Of a DNA stretch of 64,000 bases, positions 46,793-56,864 are shown in pieces; the stretch's first letter is position 1, and each line of letters begins with the position of its first letter. The notes under the pieces were generated by a model. That model had not been told where the DNA came from, made no database searches, and saw only the letters and a program-made list of their open reading frames with translations. The DNA is from an uncultured Nitrospiraceae bacterium. Its GTDB lineage: Bacteria; Nitrospirota; Nitrospiria; Nitrospirales; Nitrospiraceae. The translations under genes were made by a program, and so were the position numbers. The stretch is taken from NCBI GenBank assembly GCA_963846575.1, contig CAWJWJ010000002.1, forward strand, positions 1,216,001-1,280,000, given 5' to 3'.

Positions 46793-47685
46793 CGATGCCA
46801 GCCCGCCACCTCCAGCCTCTCCGCAGGGTTCCCCGGTTGTCCTGCCGCTCCTGTTGGCTCGCTGCACCCGGGTTGATCTGGATGGCGCTGTTCTTTCTCG
46901 TGCCGCTCGGGATGGTGTTTGCGATCAGCTTTGCCTCGCGGGGGACCTATGGCGGCATTGTCTGGGACTTCACGGCGGCGAACTACCTCGATCTCCTACA
47001 CCCGCTGTACGGCAAAATTCTCGCTCAATCGCTGTGGTACGCGACGATCACCACAGCACTCTGCTTTCTTCTGGGATTCCCGCTCGCGTATGTCATTGCC
47101 CGCAGTCCCGCCCGCTGGCAACCGGTGTTCCTCCTGCTCGTCATGTTGCCGTTCTGGACAAATTTTCTCGTGCGGACCTATGCCTGGATGATTCTGCTTC
47201 GCCATGACGGCCTGATCAACCGGGTGCTGACCACAACGGGGATTGCGGATGGCCCGTTGGAACTCCTCTATACGCCGACCGCGGTCGTGATCGGGCTGGT
47301 CTACGGATATCTCCCGTTCATGGTGTTGCCCTTGTACGTGGCCATTGAGCGTCTGGATCCACTTCTGGTGGAGGCGGCCTGGGATCTTTACGCCTCGCGC
47401 TGGGCGGTCTTTACGCGCATCATTCTCCCGCTGACCAAGCCGGGCATCGTCGGCGGCTGCATCCTGGTCTTCGTTCCGTCGATCGGCTCCTTCATCACTC
47501 CGGATCTCCTGGGCGGGGCTCGAAGCATGATGATCGGCAATCTCATCCAGCACGAATACCTCGTGGTGAGGGACTGGCCGCTGGGTTCCGCTGTATCGTT
47601 TGTGTTGATGGCGGTGGTCATGGCAGCGGTCAAGCTCTATTACCGGAGCGCCTCTCAAGCCGAGGGGCCCCTGGAGGCACGATGA
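46789..47685 (+). CDS. potB: Polyamine ABC transporter permease
   Basis: LPFWTNFLVRTYAW, YLPFMVLPLY, EAA loop, DWPLGSA. Confidence 0.9.
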   Translation: MTMPARHLQPLRRVPRLSCRSCWLAAPGLIWMALFFLVPLGMVFAISFASRGTYGGIVWDFTAANYLDLLHPLYGKILAQSLWYATITTALCFLLGFPLAYVIARSPARWQPVFLLLVMLPFWTNFLVRTYAWMILLRHDGLINRVLTTTGIADGPLELLYTPTAVVIGLVYGYLPFMVLPLYVAIERLDPLLVEAAWDLYASRWAVFTRIILPLTKPGIVGGCILVFVPSIGSFITPDLLGGARSMMIGNLIQHEYLVVRDWPLGSAVSFVLMAVVMAAVKLYYRSASQAEGPLEAR

Positions 47686-48455
47686 AACGTGGATCGACCG
47701 GTCTGACCGCGATCAGTCTGCTCTCGATGCTGTTCCTCTACGGGCCGATCTTCGTGCTGGTGCTGTATTCGTTTAATGCCGCTCATCTGTCGATGGCCTG
47801 GGGCGGGGCGACGCTCAAATGGTATGAGGCGCTTCTGCACGACGAGGCGTTGCTGACCGCGACGGCAAACAGTCTGCTCATTGCCGTGGTCTCCACTATC
47901 GGGGCTACCGCCCTGGGCGGGCTCCTTGCGCTCGGGATGGACCGCATGTCTCATCGCCGGCAACAGACCATCGAAGGCGGGCTGATTCTGCCATTGGTCA
48001 TTCCCGAAGTGATGATGGGCGTCGCGCTGATGCTCTTTTTCGTGATGTTTCGGATGCCACTCGGCCTCACCACGGTCATCCTCGGGCATATTGTTTTTAA
48101 TATTCCCCTTGTCACGATCATGCTTAGAACGCGACTGCGCAAGCTGGATCCCGCGTTGGGAGAAGCGGCGTCCGACTTGGGCGCCAGCGACTGGCAGGTG
48201 TTTCGTTATGTCACCTTGCCGTTGTTGCGGCCGGCCCTGTGGGGCGCCATGCTGGTGGCCTTCACGGTATCCCTGGATGATTTCCTGGTAACCTTTTTCA
48301 CAGCCGGTCCGGGGGCGACGACCTTGCCGCTCAAGGTCTATTCGATGATCAAGTCCGGCGTCACCCCGGAGATTAATGCCCTGTCGGCCCTGTTGCTGAT
48401 GATCTCCATGGGCTGCGTGGCCCTCTCCCTGCATCTGCAGCGTCGTGAGGTATAA
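47682..48455 (+). CDS. potC: Polyamine ABC transporter permease
   Basis: FLYGPIFVLVLYSFN, EAASDLGAS, SLDDF, TTLPL, TPEINAL. Confidence 0.9.
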   Translation: MKRGSTGLTAISLLSMLFLYGPIFVLVLYSFNAAHLSMAWGGATLKWYEALLHDEALLTATANSLLIAVVSTIGATALGGLLALGMDRMSHRRQQTIEGGLILPLVIPEVMMGVALMLFFVMFRMPLGLTTVILGHIVFNIPLVTIMLRTRLRKLDPALGEAASDLGASDWQVFRYVTLPLLRPALWGAMLVAFTVSLDDFLVTFFTAGPGATTLPLKVYSMIKSGVTPEINALSALLLMISMGCVALSLHLQRREV

Positions 48456-49526
48456 GTGCCGTCACCCTTCCTGCGCATGGTGCTCTGTACGATCTGCCTT
48501 GTCGGGCCGATCGGAGGGCTGTCCGCCTGCGGGCCATCTTCCTCAGACCATACGACGGCGGCCCGACCGGTTCTGCACTATTTCACCTGGTCCGATTATG
48601 TGGGACCGGAAATCATCCAGGAATTTGAGCGGCGTGAGCAGGTCAGAGTTGTCGTCGATACCTTCAGCAGCAATGAGGAGTTATTGGCGAAACTCCAGAG
48701 CGGTGCGACGGGCTACGACGTGGCGGTCCCGTCTGACTTCATGGTGGCGATCATGATGCAGCAGGGTCTGCTCAGTGAGTTGGATCTGCAGGAATTGCCC
48801 AACGCCTCTCTGCTGGAGCCGCATCTGCAGGCGCTCCCTTTTGATCCCGAGGGCCGGTATTCGGTCCCGTACCTGTGGGGGACCGTGGGGATTGGATACG
48901 ATTCCGACGTCATTCCCGTCGCGCCGGATAGTTGGTGGATTCTCTGGGACCCTCGCTTTAGAGGTCGGATCAGCATGTTGAACGATCAACGGGAAGTGTT
49001 CGGTTCCGTGTTGCGAGCCATGGGCCAGTCTATGAACACCACGCAACCCGAAGTGATCGAGGCGGCAAAGGAGCAACTGTTGCGCCAGAAACCGCTGGTG
49101 AAGACCTACACGAGCGATCATTACGACCAGCTGCTGGCTTCGGGGGAGGTGGTCTTGGCGCAGGGGTGGGGGGGACCGATGGCGCGCGCGATGGTTGAAC
49201 GGCCGTCTATACGGTATGTGGTGCCGAAAGAAGGGGCCACGCTATGGGCCGATTGTCTGGTGGTTCTGAGGTCCGCACCGCAACCGCGGCTGGCCATGCG
49301 ATTCATCAACTTTTTAATGGCGCCTGAGATCGCGGCGCGTACTTCGGAGCGGTTGCGTTTCGCGTCCGCCTCCCGCGGAGCCCGTGATCATGTGAGTGCC
49401 TCGACCAGAGAGAACCCTGCCATCTATCCGCCCCTCGATCAGTTGGACCGGCTGGAATGGATGCGGGATGTGGGCCGGGCGATACGTCTGTACGACCGTG
49501 CCTGGACGGAATTGAAGATGCAGTGA
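48456..49526 (+). CDS. potD: Polyamine ABC transporter substrate-binding (lipo)protein
   Basis: Lipobox LSAC. TWSDY, SNEELLAKL, YDVAVPSD, PYLWGTVGIGY, PKEGA. Confidence 0.88.
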   Translation: MPSPFLRMVLCTICLVGPIGGLSACGPSSSDHTTAARPVLHYFTWSDYVGPEIIQEFERREQVRVVVDTFSSNEELLAKLQSGATGYDVAVPSDFMVAIMMQQGLLSELDLQELPNASLLEPHLQALPFDPEGRYSVPYLWGTVGIGYDSDVIPVAPDSWWILWDPRFRGRISMLNDQREVFGSVLRAMGQSMNTTQPEVIEAAKEQLLRQKPLVKTYTSDHYDQLLASGEVVLAQGWGGPMARAMVERPSIRYVVPKEGATLWADCLVVLRSAPQPRLAMRFINFLMAPEIAARTSERLRFASASRGARDHVSASTRENPAIYPPLDQLDRLEWMRDVGRAIRLYDRAWTELKMQ

Positions 49527-49613
49527 TCGCGATGCGGCTTGCCGTGGTTTCAAATGCCTGGGAGAATCAGTATAATCATCGCCCTGTCCTCCGTTGTTTG
49601 ATTTTCCCTCACG

Positions 49614-50960
49614 ATGCGTGACGACATGTTCCAACACAGTGGTAGTCCACGATGCGGTTTGCGCAGGGCAACCGGATCGCTCCTTGTCTGCGTCCTGCTC
49701 TGCACGATGGCGATGCTCCCCACGGGGGGCGCGCAGGCCGTTGAACCAGTTCCGGGCGGTTCGTTGCCTCCACCGGCGGTCCGCCTGAATTTATCCGAGG
49801 CCGTCGCTCTTTTTCTGCGACAGAACCTGGATCTGATCATCGCCAAGTACGGCATCGAGTACAGTAAGGGGCAGCAAATCACGGCCCGTCTTTTTCCGAA
49901 TCCTGTGCTCCAGATCGGCACCAGCGCCGCGTTCACCCAGGGCAATACCGTCGGCAATTCGGGTGCGCTCACGACACAGCTGCTGCAACTCTTCGAACTG
50001 GCCGGCAAGCGCGGGTACCGGATCGAGAGCGCCGGGTTCGGGGTGCAATCGGCCGAGGCGGACTTCGAGGATGCGGTCCGCCAGTTGGGCTTCACGATCA
50101 AGGACGTGTATTACCGTGTGCTCGTCGCGCAACGTCGCTTGGCGCTCGCCGAAGAAAACCGGGATCGCTTCGCGCGGATTCTGGACGTCAACACGATTCG
50201 TTTTAAGAAGGGGTATATCGCCGAAGTCGATCTCATCCGCATCCGGCTGCAGGTCGTCGATTTTCAATCGCAGGTCATCGAGGCCATTCAAGACGGTGAA
50301 TCCGCAAGGGGTGATTTACGTCAGCTCCTGCGGTTGTCCCCGGCGACCAAGCTGGAGCTGACGACGGAAATGGACTATCGCCGTGTGGATCCGGACATGG
50401 GAAAACTCCGCACGGTAGCGATGGAGGTTCGCCCCGACATTCGAAGCAAGCGGGCGTCGCTGCTGCAGCGTGAATCGGATCTGAAGCTGGCCAAAGCGTT
50501 TCGCATACCGGATGTGACCATCGGCGCCGGGTACTCGGTGCAAGGCCCACGCGGCCCGGATAACCAGCAAATGGCCATCCTGAACCTGGGCGTGCCACTA
50601 CCGCTCTTCAATCGCAATCAGGGTGGCATCCTTCAAGCAGAAGTCGGCCTGCAATCCGCGCAGGCGGACCTGGACCGCACGGTGAATCAGGTCGAAAACC
50701 AGGTCGACGTCGCCTATCGCAATTTGCTGCAGAGCCGCCGACTGGTGGAGGCCTATCTGGCCGGCGTCCTGGACGATGCCCGCTCCACCTTTACGATCGT
50801 CGAACGTGCCTACGAGCGGGGAGGCGCCACCATCCTTGATCTGCTCGATGCGGCCCGCACCTCTCGCACGATTCAGCAGAATTTTATCGAAGCCTTGTTT
50901 TCCTATCAGCACAATCTGTTTCAATTGGAAAGTTCCGTGGGACAGGAGATCGCGTCATGA
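49614..50960 (+). CDS. TolC/CzcC-family outer-membrane efflux protein
   Basis: Signal peptide, PNPVL, ELAGKRGYRI, RPDI, IPDVTIG, PLPLFNRNQG, AYERGGATILDLLDA. First gene of a C-B-A operon. Confidence 0.88.
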   Translation: MRDDMFQHSGSPRCGLRRATGSLLVCVLLCTMAMLPTGGAQAVEPVPGGSLPPPAVRLNLSEAVALFLRQNLDLIIAKYGIEYSKGQQITARLFPNPVLQIGTSAAFTQGNTVGNSGALTTQLLQLFELAGKRGYRIESAGFGVQSAEADFEDAVRQLGFTIKDVYYRVLVAQRRLALAEENRDRFARILDVNTIRFKKGYIAEVDLIRIRLQVVDFQSQVIEAIQDGESARGDLRQLLRLSPATKLELTTEMDYRRVDPDMGKLRTVAMEVRPDIRSKRASLLQRESDLKLAKAFRIPDVTIGAGYSVQGPRGPDNQQMAILNLGVPLPLFNRNQGGILQAEVGLQSAQADLDRTVNQVENQVDVAYRNLLQSRRLVEAYLAGVLDDARSTFTIVERAYERGGATILDLLDAARTSRTIQQNFIEALFSYQHNLFQLESSVGQEIAS

Positions 50961-52105
50961 GGCCGGGCTGGATCCCGTTGGTGTCTTTGGCAGGGGTCCT
51001 CACTCTGTGGGCCTGTAGCCAAACGCAGGAGTCGAACTCCTCCTCGTCGTCCGCCTCTTCCAACGGCGTGTCTTCACAAGAGGTACCCTCGGCTGCAAGT
51101 CAGATCGAAACGGCCGTGGTGGACTTCAAACCGGTCCAGCCCGAGCTGATACTGGTCGGAAAAGTGGCCTATGGCGAAGATCGCTACTCGCGAATTTCTT
51201 CTCCCTTGCAAGGCCGTGTCGTGGAGGTACGGGCCCGCCTTGGCGATCACGTGGAGGCCGGTTCCACCCTTCTGGTCATCGACAGCTCCGACATCACGGC
51301 GGCCTATTCCGAATTCGTCAAAGAAGCGTCGGAGATGGAATACTCGAGCCGCGCCCAGGAATTGGCGAAGGAGCTCTACGCGACCAAGGCGCTGGCGCTC
51401 AAGGATCTCAAACAAGCCGAAAATGATTTGATCAAAGCGCGTGCGGAGTTCCGACGAGCGAAGGAACGATTGTTGTCATTGCGCATCCCGTCCGCTGAGT
51501 TGGAAAAACCCCTCGCGCAGCAACGCATCACTTCCCGTTTCGAGATGAAAAGCCCGTTGACCGGTACGGTGGTTGAGCGGGCCGTGACGCCGGGGCAATC
51601 GGTCGGGGGTGACGCGAGTCAGGTGTTGTTCACGGTGGCCGATTTGGATCGACTGCAAGTCGTAGCCGATGTCTACGAGCGAGACCTGGCGCTGGTCAAG
51701 GTCAGCCAGGTGGGTCGTATCAACGTGGAAGCCTACCCTGGAAAGGATTTCGCCTCCGTGGTGGCCTCCATCGGCGACGTCGTGGACCCCAACACCAGGA
51801 CGATCAAGGTCCGGGCCTGGGTAGACAATCAAGAGCAGCAGTTGAAACCAGAAATGTTTGCCCGGCTGAGGCTGGACATCGGGGACGCCAGCCCATTCTT
51901 GACGATCCCCAAAGAAGCGGTGGTCGAAATCGACGGGCGCCACTTTGTGTATGTGGTCGACGCGCCCAATCACTACCTCAAACGCGAGGTCGTCGTCTCG
52001 AATGTCTCCACTGATCAGGTCCGAATTCTCAAGGGACTGACGGCCAGTGAACGGATCGTCACGAAGGGGGCGGTGCTAATTAAGGGGCAAGAGGTGAAAG
52101 GATGA
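50957..52105 (+). CDS. RND membrane-fusion protein (CzcB/CusB family)
   Basis: SPLQGRVVEV..LGDHV, SPLTGTVVER, LFTVADL, DPNTRTIKVR, LKPEMFA. Confidence 0.9.
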   Translation: MRPGWIPLVSLAGVLTLWACSQTQESNSSSSSASSNGVSSQEVPSAASQIETAVVDFKPVQPELILVGKVAYGEDRYSRISSPLQGRVVEVRARLGDHVEAGSTLLVIDSSDITAAYSEFVKEASEMEYSSRAQELAKELYATKALALKDLKQAENDLIKARAEFRRAKERLLSLRIPSAELEKPLAQQRITSRFEMKSPLTGTVVERAVTPGQSVGGDASQVLFTVADLDRLQVVADVYERDLALVKVSQVGRINVEAYPGKDFASVVASIGDVVDPNTRTIKVRAWVDNQEQQLKPEMFARLRLDIGDASPFLTIPKEAVVEIDGRHFVYVVDAPNHYLKREVVVSNVSTDQVRILKGLTASERIVTKGAVLIKGQEVKG

Positions 52106-52162
52106 CACGATGATCGTGGCGATGGCTCCGACCCTCTCTGACCGGCACAGGTCCCCAGGCCC

Positions 52163-55100
52163 ATGATCGTTCGTATCGTCGAATTGTCGCTCGTTCAACG
52201 GTTCCTCGTCTGCGCCCTCGGATTCTGTCTCCTCTTCGGCGGGCTCTACGCGTTTCAACAGCTCGACATCGTGGCCTATCCGGACCCTTCCCCTCCCATG
52301 GTTGAGGTCATTACGCAGTTTCCGGGCTGGTCCGCCGAAGAAATCGAGCGCCAAATCACCATTCCCATCGAAGTGGCGCTGAATGGGGCTCCGGGACTGA
52401 CTGATATCCGATCCCTTTCGATCTTCGGGCTGAGTGATATCAAGGTCTACTTCGACTTCAACACCCAGTACTTTTTTGACCGGCAGGAGGTCATCAACCG
52501 CCTGGCCACGATCACCCTTCCTCAAGATGTACAACCATCCCTGTCCCCCTGGTGGGCGATCGCGGAAATCTATCGCTACGAGCTGGCCAGCGACGGGAAG
52601 ACGAATCTGACCGACCTCAAAACCATTCAAGATTGGCAACTGCGCCGGGAATTTCGACGGGTGCCGGGCGTGATGGATGTCACCGCGTTTGGAGGCACGA
52701 CCCAGGAGTATCACGTCGATATCGATCCGGGAAAACTGATCAGCTATGGGGTCAGCCTGCCGCAGGTCATGGAAGCCTTGACCAACAGCAATGCCAATGT
52801 CGGCGGCAATTACCTCACCCTGGGCGCGCAAAACTACAACATCCGCGGGCTGGGCCTGATCAATGGGCTGGAGGATATTCAGAACGTCATGGTGGCCGAA
52901 AAGGAAGGCACCCCTATCTTTGTGAAGACGCTGGGAACTGTGTCGGTCGGCCATCGGGTGCGGCTGGGCAAAGTCGGGATTGATGATAATGACGATGTGG
53001 TGGAAGGGGTCATCTTATTGCAACGCGGCTATAAGGCGCTGTCGGTGCTCGAACGGGTGCGCCAGAAAGTCGATGAGCTGAACAAGTGGAAGTTGCCCGA
53101 CGGGGTGAAGATTAAAACATTTTATGACCGGACCGCTCTGATTCATACCACCGTCGAAACGGTCACCGATATTTTGATCAGCGGCATGGTGCTGGTCTTC
53201 ATTATCCTCTTTGTCTTTCTCGGCCACTTGCGCGCCTCGATCATCGTGGCCCTGACCATTCCGATGTCGCTGCTGTTTACCTTCACCATGATGGTCGTGA
53301 TCGGGCAGTCGGCCAATCTGATTTCGCTCGGCGCCATCGATTTTGGCATCATCGTCGATGCGACGCTGATCATGGTAGAGAGCATCTTCTTTCATTTGGC
53401 CCATGACCAACGCCTCGGGTTGACGGTGCCGCAACAGATCGTGCGGGCTTCACGCCAGGTGGGGCGGCCGATCTTTTTTTCCACCGCCATCATCGTGGTC
53501 GCCTTCATTCCGTTGTTCACGATGACGGGCGTCCCGGGAAAAATTTTCGCGCCGATGTCCATCACGTACGGATTTGCGCTGTTCGGGGCGCTTCTCATGG
53601 CCTTTACGCTGGCACCCGTGCTCTGCTCGTTGTTCCTGACCGAAGCCGTCAAGGAAGAAGACACGCGTTTCGTCGGAGCGATCCGCCGGAGCTATCTCGC
53701 CGTCTTGCGGTGGGCCTTGAACAACAACATGAAAGTGATCGCGGCCTCACTGCTGCTGCTGGTGACCGCCTTTGGCGCCATGCAATTTGTGGGTGGGGAG
53801 TTCATGCCGGCGCTGGAGGAAGGGAATCTCTGGGTTCGCGCCACGATGCCGGTCGATATCTCGTTCGATGAGGCCGCGCGGCTGACGGGCGAAATCAGGC
53901 AGATGTTCCGCCGATCACCCGAGGTCGTGACGATCGTCTCACAACTGGGGAGACCCGACGACGGAACCGACCCCACCAGCTTCTTCAACGCGGAATTCCT
54001 CGCCAATCTCAAACCGCGGAAGGGCTGGCGGCCGGGTTTGGACAAGGATCAGCTGGTGGAGGAAATCGAAGCGCGCGTCAAGACCATCCCCGGCGTCATC
54101 TTCAACTTTTCGCAAGTGATCCAAGACAACGTCGAAGAGGCCATGTCCGGGGTAAAGGGCGAGAATTCGATCAAGTTATTCGGCACGGATCTCAAGACGA
54201 TGGAAGCGAAGGCGGTGGAAATCGAGACCGTCATGAAGGGCGTACGGGGCGTCAAAGATCTCGGGATCTTCCGGTTGGTGGGGCAGCCCAATCTTTTGAT
54301 TCAGGTCGACCGGGAAGCCAGCGCCCGGTATGGGTTGCGGGTCTCCGACGTCAATGCCGTGGTGCAGGCGGCTGTGGGCGGACAGGGTGTGACGCAGGTG
54401 TATGAAGGCGAGCGGCTGTTTGATCTCGTGGTCCGGTTTCTGCCCGAGTTCAGGAGAGATGCCGAAGCCATTGGGAATATTCTCGTGAGTACGCCAAACG
54501 GGGCGCGGATTCCCTTGAAGCAGGTGGCGACGATCAAGACACACACCGGCGCCTTCATTATCTATCGTGAAAACAACGAACGGTATATCCCCATCAAATT
54601 CAGCGTCCGTGACCGTGATCTGGAGAGCACCGTGAAAGAGGCCCAGGCCAAAATGGCGAAGACCGTGTCGCTTCCTGAGCGATACCGGATCGAATGGGCA
54701 GGTCAGTACGATCAACTCACCGAAGAACAAAAGCGGTTGACGATGATCGTACCGGTGAGCCTCGTGTTGATCCTCTTCCTGCTCTACACGACCTTCAATT
54801 CGCTCAAGAATGCGCTGCTGGTCTTGGTGACCGTGCCGTTTGCGCTCATCGGCGGTATCTTTTCCCTCGTGCTGACCAGCACCAATTTCAGTATTTCCGC
54901 CGCGGTCGGGGTTATCTCGACTCTGGGAGTGGCGATTCTCGGGGGAGTCCTGTTAATCTCACGTATCGAAGATTTCCGGCGCGCCGGCGCGACGCTGCGC
55001 GAGGCGGTCCTGAAGGGGGCAGATGTTCAGATGCGCCCCATTCTCATGGCCACCCTGGCAGCCGCCATTGGACTGCTTCCCGCAGCCTTGGCGACGGGGA

Positions 55101-55267
55101 TCGGATCGCAGGCGCAGAAACCCCTTGCCCGGGTGGTCGTAGGGGGGATGCTGACGGCGGCGGTGCTCATTCTGGTCGTGCTTCCCGTGCTCTACGAAGT
55201 GGTTCATCGCCGTAGCGCGACCGAGCAACCGGTTGAGGGGGAGCCTGAATCAGCGGACCCCCAATAA
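52163..55267 (+). CDS. Heavy-metal efflux RND permease (CzcA/CusA family)
   Basis: 1034 aa. PGWSAEEIERQITIPIE, FYDRT, SLGAIDFGIIVDATLIMVE, GGEFMPALEEG, MRPILMA, PLARVVVGG. Confidence 0.92.
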   Translation: MIVRIVELSLVQRFLVCALGFCLLFGGLYAFQQLDIVAYPDPSPPMVEVITQFPGWSAEEIERQITIPIEVALNGAPGLTDIRSLSIFGLSDIKVYFDFNTQYFFDRQEVINRLATITLPQDVQPSLSPWWAIAEIYRYELASDGKTNLTDLKTIQDWQLRREFRRVPGVMDVTAFGGTTQEYHVDIDPGKLISYGVSLPQVMEALTNSNANVGGNYLTLGAQNYNIRGLGLINGLEDIQNVMVAEKEGTPIFVKTLGTVSVGHRVRLGKVGIDDNDDVVEGVILLQRGYKALSVLERVRQKVDELNKWKLPDGVKIKTFYDRTALIHTTVETVTDILISGMVLVFIILFVFLGHLRASIIVALTIPMSLLFTFTMMVVIGQSANLISLGAIDFGIIVDATLIMVESIFFHLAHDQRLGLTVPQQIVRASRQVGRPIFFSTAIIVVAFIPLFTMTGVPGKIFAPMSITYGFALFGALLMAFTLAPVLCSLFLTEAVKEEDTRFVGAIRRSYLAVLRWALNNNMKVIAASLLLLVTAFGAMQFVGGEFMPALEEGNLWVRATMPVDISFDEAARLTGEIRQMFRRSPEVVTIVSQLGRPDDGTDPTSFFNAEFLANLKPRKGWRPGLDKDQLVEEIEARVKTIPGVIFNFSQVIQDNVEEAMSGVKGENSIKLFGTDLKTMEAKAVEIETVMKGVRGVKDLGIFRLVGQPNLLIQVDREASARYGLRVSDVNAVVQAAVGGQGVTQVYEGERLFDLVVRFLPEFRRDAEAIGNILVSTPNGARIPLKQVATIKTHTGAFIIYRENNERYIPIKFSVRDRDLESTVKEAQAKMAKTVSLPERYRIEWAGQYDQLTEEQKRLTMIVPVSLVLILFLLYTTFNSLKNALLVLVTVPFALIGGIFSLVLTSTNFSISAAVGVISTLGVAILGGVLLISRIEDFRRAGATLREAVLKGADVQMRPILMATLAAAIGLLPAALATGIGSQAQKPLARVVVGGMLTAAVLILVVLPVLYEVVHRRSATEQPVEGEPESADPQ

Positions 55268-55292
55268 TGGCAACGCTTTTGAGAAGGTGGTC

Positions 55293-56099
55293 ATGATGAT
55301 GAAACTAAAGCAGCGGTGGTTCTATCGTGTATTCGTTTCCAGCTGTGCCTTGATGGGAGTGGCGGGAATGGTCCTGGGCGAGGCCCGGTCTGCTCCCACC
55401 GTCTGGCCGGTCCAGATGCCCTATGAGGCCCCGCCCAAATCCGAACCGGTGCCCGATGTTTCCGTGCCCCCCAATACCAATCCCCTCACTCCGGAAGAAT
55501 TAAAGCGGGCAGAGGCGTTGCTGCCCTTGCTGGAGGGCAAACAGGAGTTTTGGGCGATGGGAGAATTTGTCCATCTGGGCGAGTCGGTTATTCCGGTGGT
55601 GACGAAGGCATTGACGATGCCTGGCCCTCGGATCCGGTACAACGCGATTGAGACCATATCGATGATCAAGGCCCCGAGGGCCGTGCCGGCGTTACTGGAC
55701 ACGGCCAAGCAGAGTGACGAGATTCCACGGATCAGGGAACATGCCCTCCGGGTGGCCGTGCGCCTCGATCCGCTTCAAACCCCGCCCGCCATCGAATTGA
55801 TGGCGAAAGACCCTAATTCGATGATTCGAAAGGCGGCGGCGTTCGAAGCGCGGTACGTCCGCCATAAAGACGTGATTCAACCGCTGATCGATATGATCGG
55901 GGACGAGGAGCGATTTGTGGCCATGTCCGCCGTGCAGTCGTTGTGGATGCTCACAAGGCATGAAACGGAATTTCACGACTGGGACGCCTCCAGCAGGCAG
56001 GATCGGCAGGCTTGGGCGCAGGAATGGACGGAATGGTGGACTCAGTCGAAAGAGTCGTTTGAATTGCCGGAGCCCAGGGTTCGGCGACGGCCCTCCTGA
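55293..56099 (+). CDS. Exported HEAT-repeat protein
   Basis: N-terminal signal/TM segment and repeated helical units (IRYNAIETI..AVPALL; IRKAAAF..IQPLIDMIGD). Start uncertain. Confidence 0.7.
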   Translation: MMMKLKQRWFYRVFVSSCALMGVAGMVLGEARSAPTVWPVQMPYEAPPKSEPVPDVSVPPNTNPLTPEELKRAEALLPLLEGKQEFWAMGEFVHLGESVIPVVTKALTMPGPRIRYNAIETISMIKAPRAVPALLDTAKQSDEIPRIREHALRVAVRLDPLQTPPAIELMAKDPNSMIRKAAAFEARYVRHKDVIQPLIDMIGDEERFVAMSAVQSLWMLTRHETEFHDWDASSRQDRQAWAQEWTEWWTQSKESFELPEPRVRRRPS

Positions 56100-56309
56100 G
56101 AGTTGGCCGGGCAGGCAGAGTCCCGGGCCGGTCAGCACAGAGCTTTTCGGAGTGAACGGTGCCGGTGTGAAGGCCGCCTGCTGAAGCGGGTGGCGGAGAA
56201 CCTTCGACGAGCTGGTTGCGGTTTTTTCAGAGGTCGTGGTAGGAATAAAAAGATCGGTGGTGCCGCTGACGTCGGTGGCGCGGCGGGGAACATTACACAA
56301 GGGTGCAGC

Positions 56310-56840
56310 ATGGCGATACTGGCAATAAGCAAACTCGGCAATCCTATTCTCCGGCAAAAGGCCTTGCCGATGAGCCCCGGCGATATCAAGAAAGCATCCT
56401 TCCAGCAACTCATTGATGACATGTTTGAAACCATGTACGACGAGCCGGGCATCGGATTGGCCGCTCCGCAGGTGGGGCGCTCCCAACAGCTTGTCGTCAT
56501 GGATTGCCCCGGGGAGGGTGGTTTTCCCAAGACCGTGCTCATCAATCCCACCATTCTCTTTTACGGGCCGGATCAGACGGAGGGCTGGGAGGGATGTCTG
56601 AGCGTCGATGGTCTCCGCGGCAAGGTGACGCGTCCATCGAGCGTCCGCGTTACGGGATTGGATCGTGATGCGAAGCCCGTGGATTTCGAAGCGAGCGGGT
56701 TATACGCCGTGTGCATCCAACACGAAATCGATCACCTCCTCGGGAAGTTATTTCTCGATCGCATGAGTGATTTCTCCACGCTGACGCAGATGGATGAGTT
56801 TCAGAAGTACTGGCAAAAAGAAACCGCCAGTGTCATCTAA
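56310..56840 (+). CDS. def: Peptide deformylase
   Basis: GIGLAAPQVG, EGCLSV, QHEIDHL motifs. True start is ATG 56310. Confidence 0.96.
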   Translation: MAILAISKLGNPILRQKALPMSPGDIKKASFQQLIDDMFETMYDEPGIGLAAPQVGRSQQLVVMDCPGEGGFPKTVLINPTILFYGPDQTEGWEGCLSVDGLRGKVTRPSSVRVTGLDRDAKPVDFEASGLYAVCIQHEIDHLLGKLFLDRMSDFSTLTQMDEFQKYWQKETASVI

Positions 56841-56864
56841 TCTCTCCCGGATCGACGGGTCGTC

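Noticed and set aside
56103..56309. N-terminal extensions in the ORF track (def, and likewise MbtH from 5801, NRPS 1 from 7903, thrC from 63914)
   Set aside because: Homology and RBS positions point to later starts. The extensions are read-through of intergenic or overlapping sequence.
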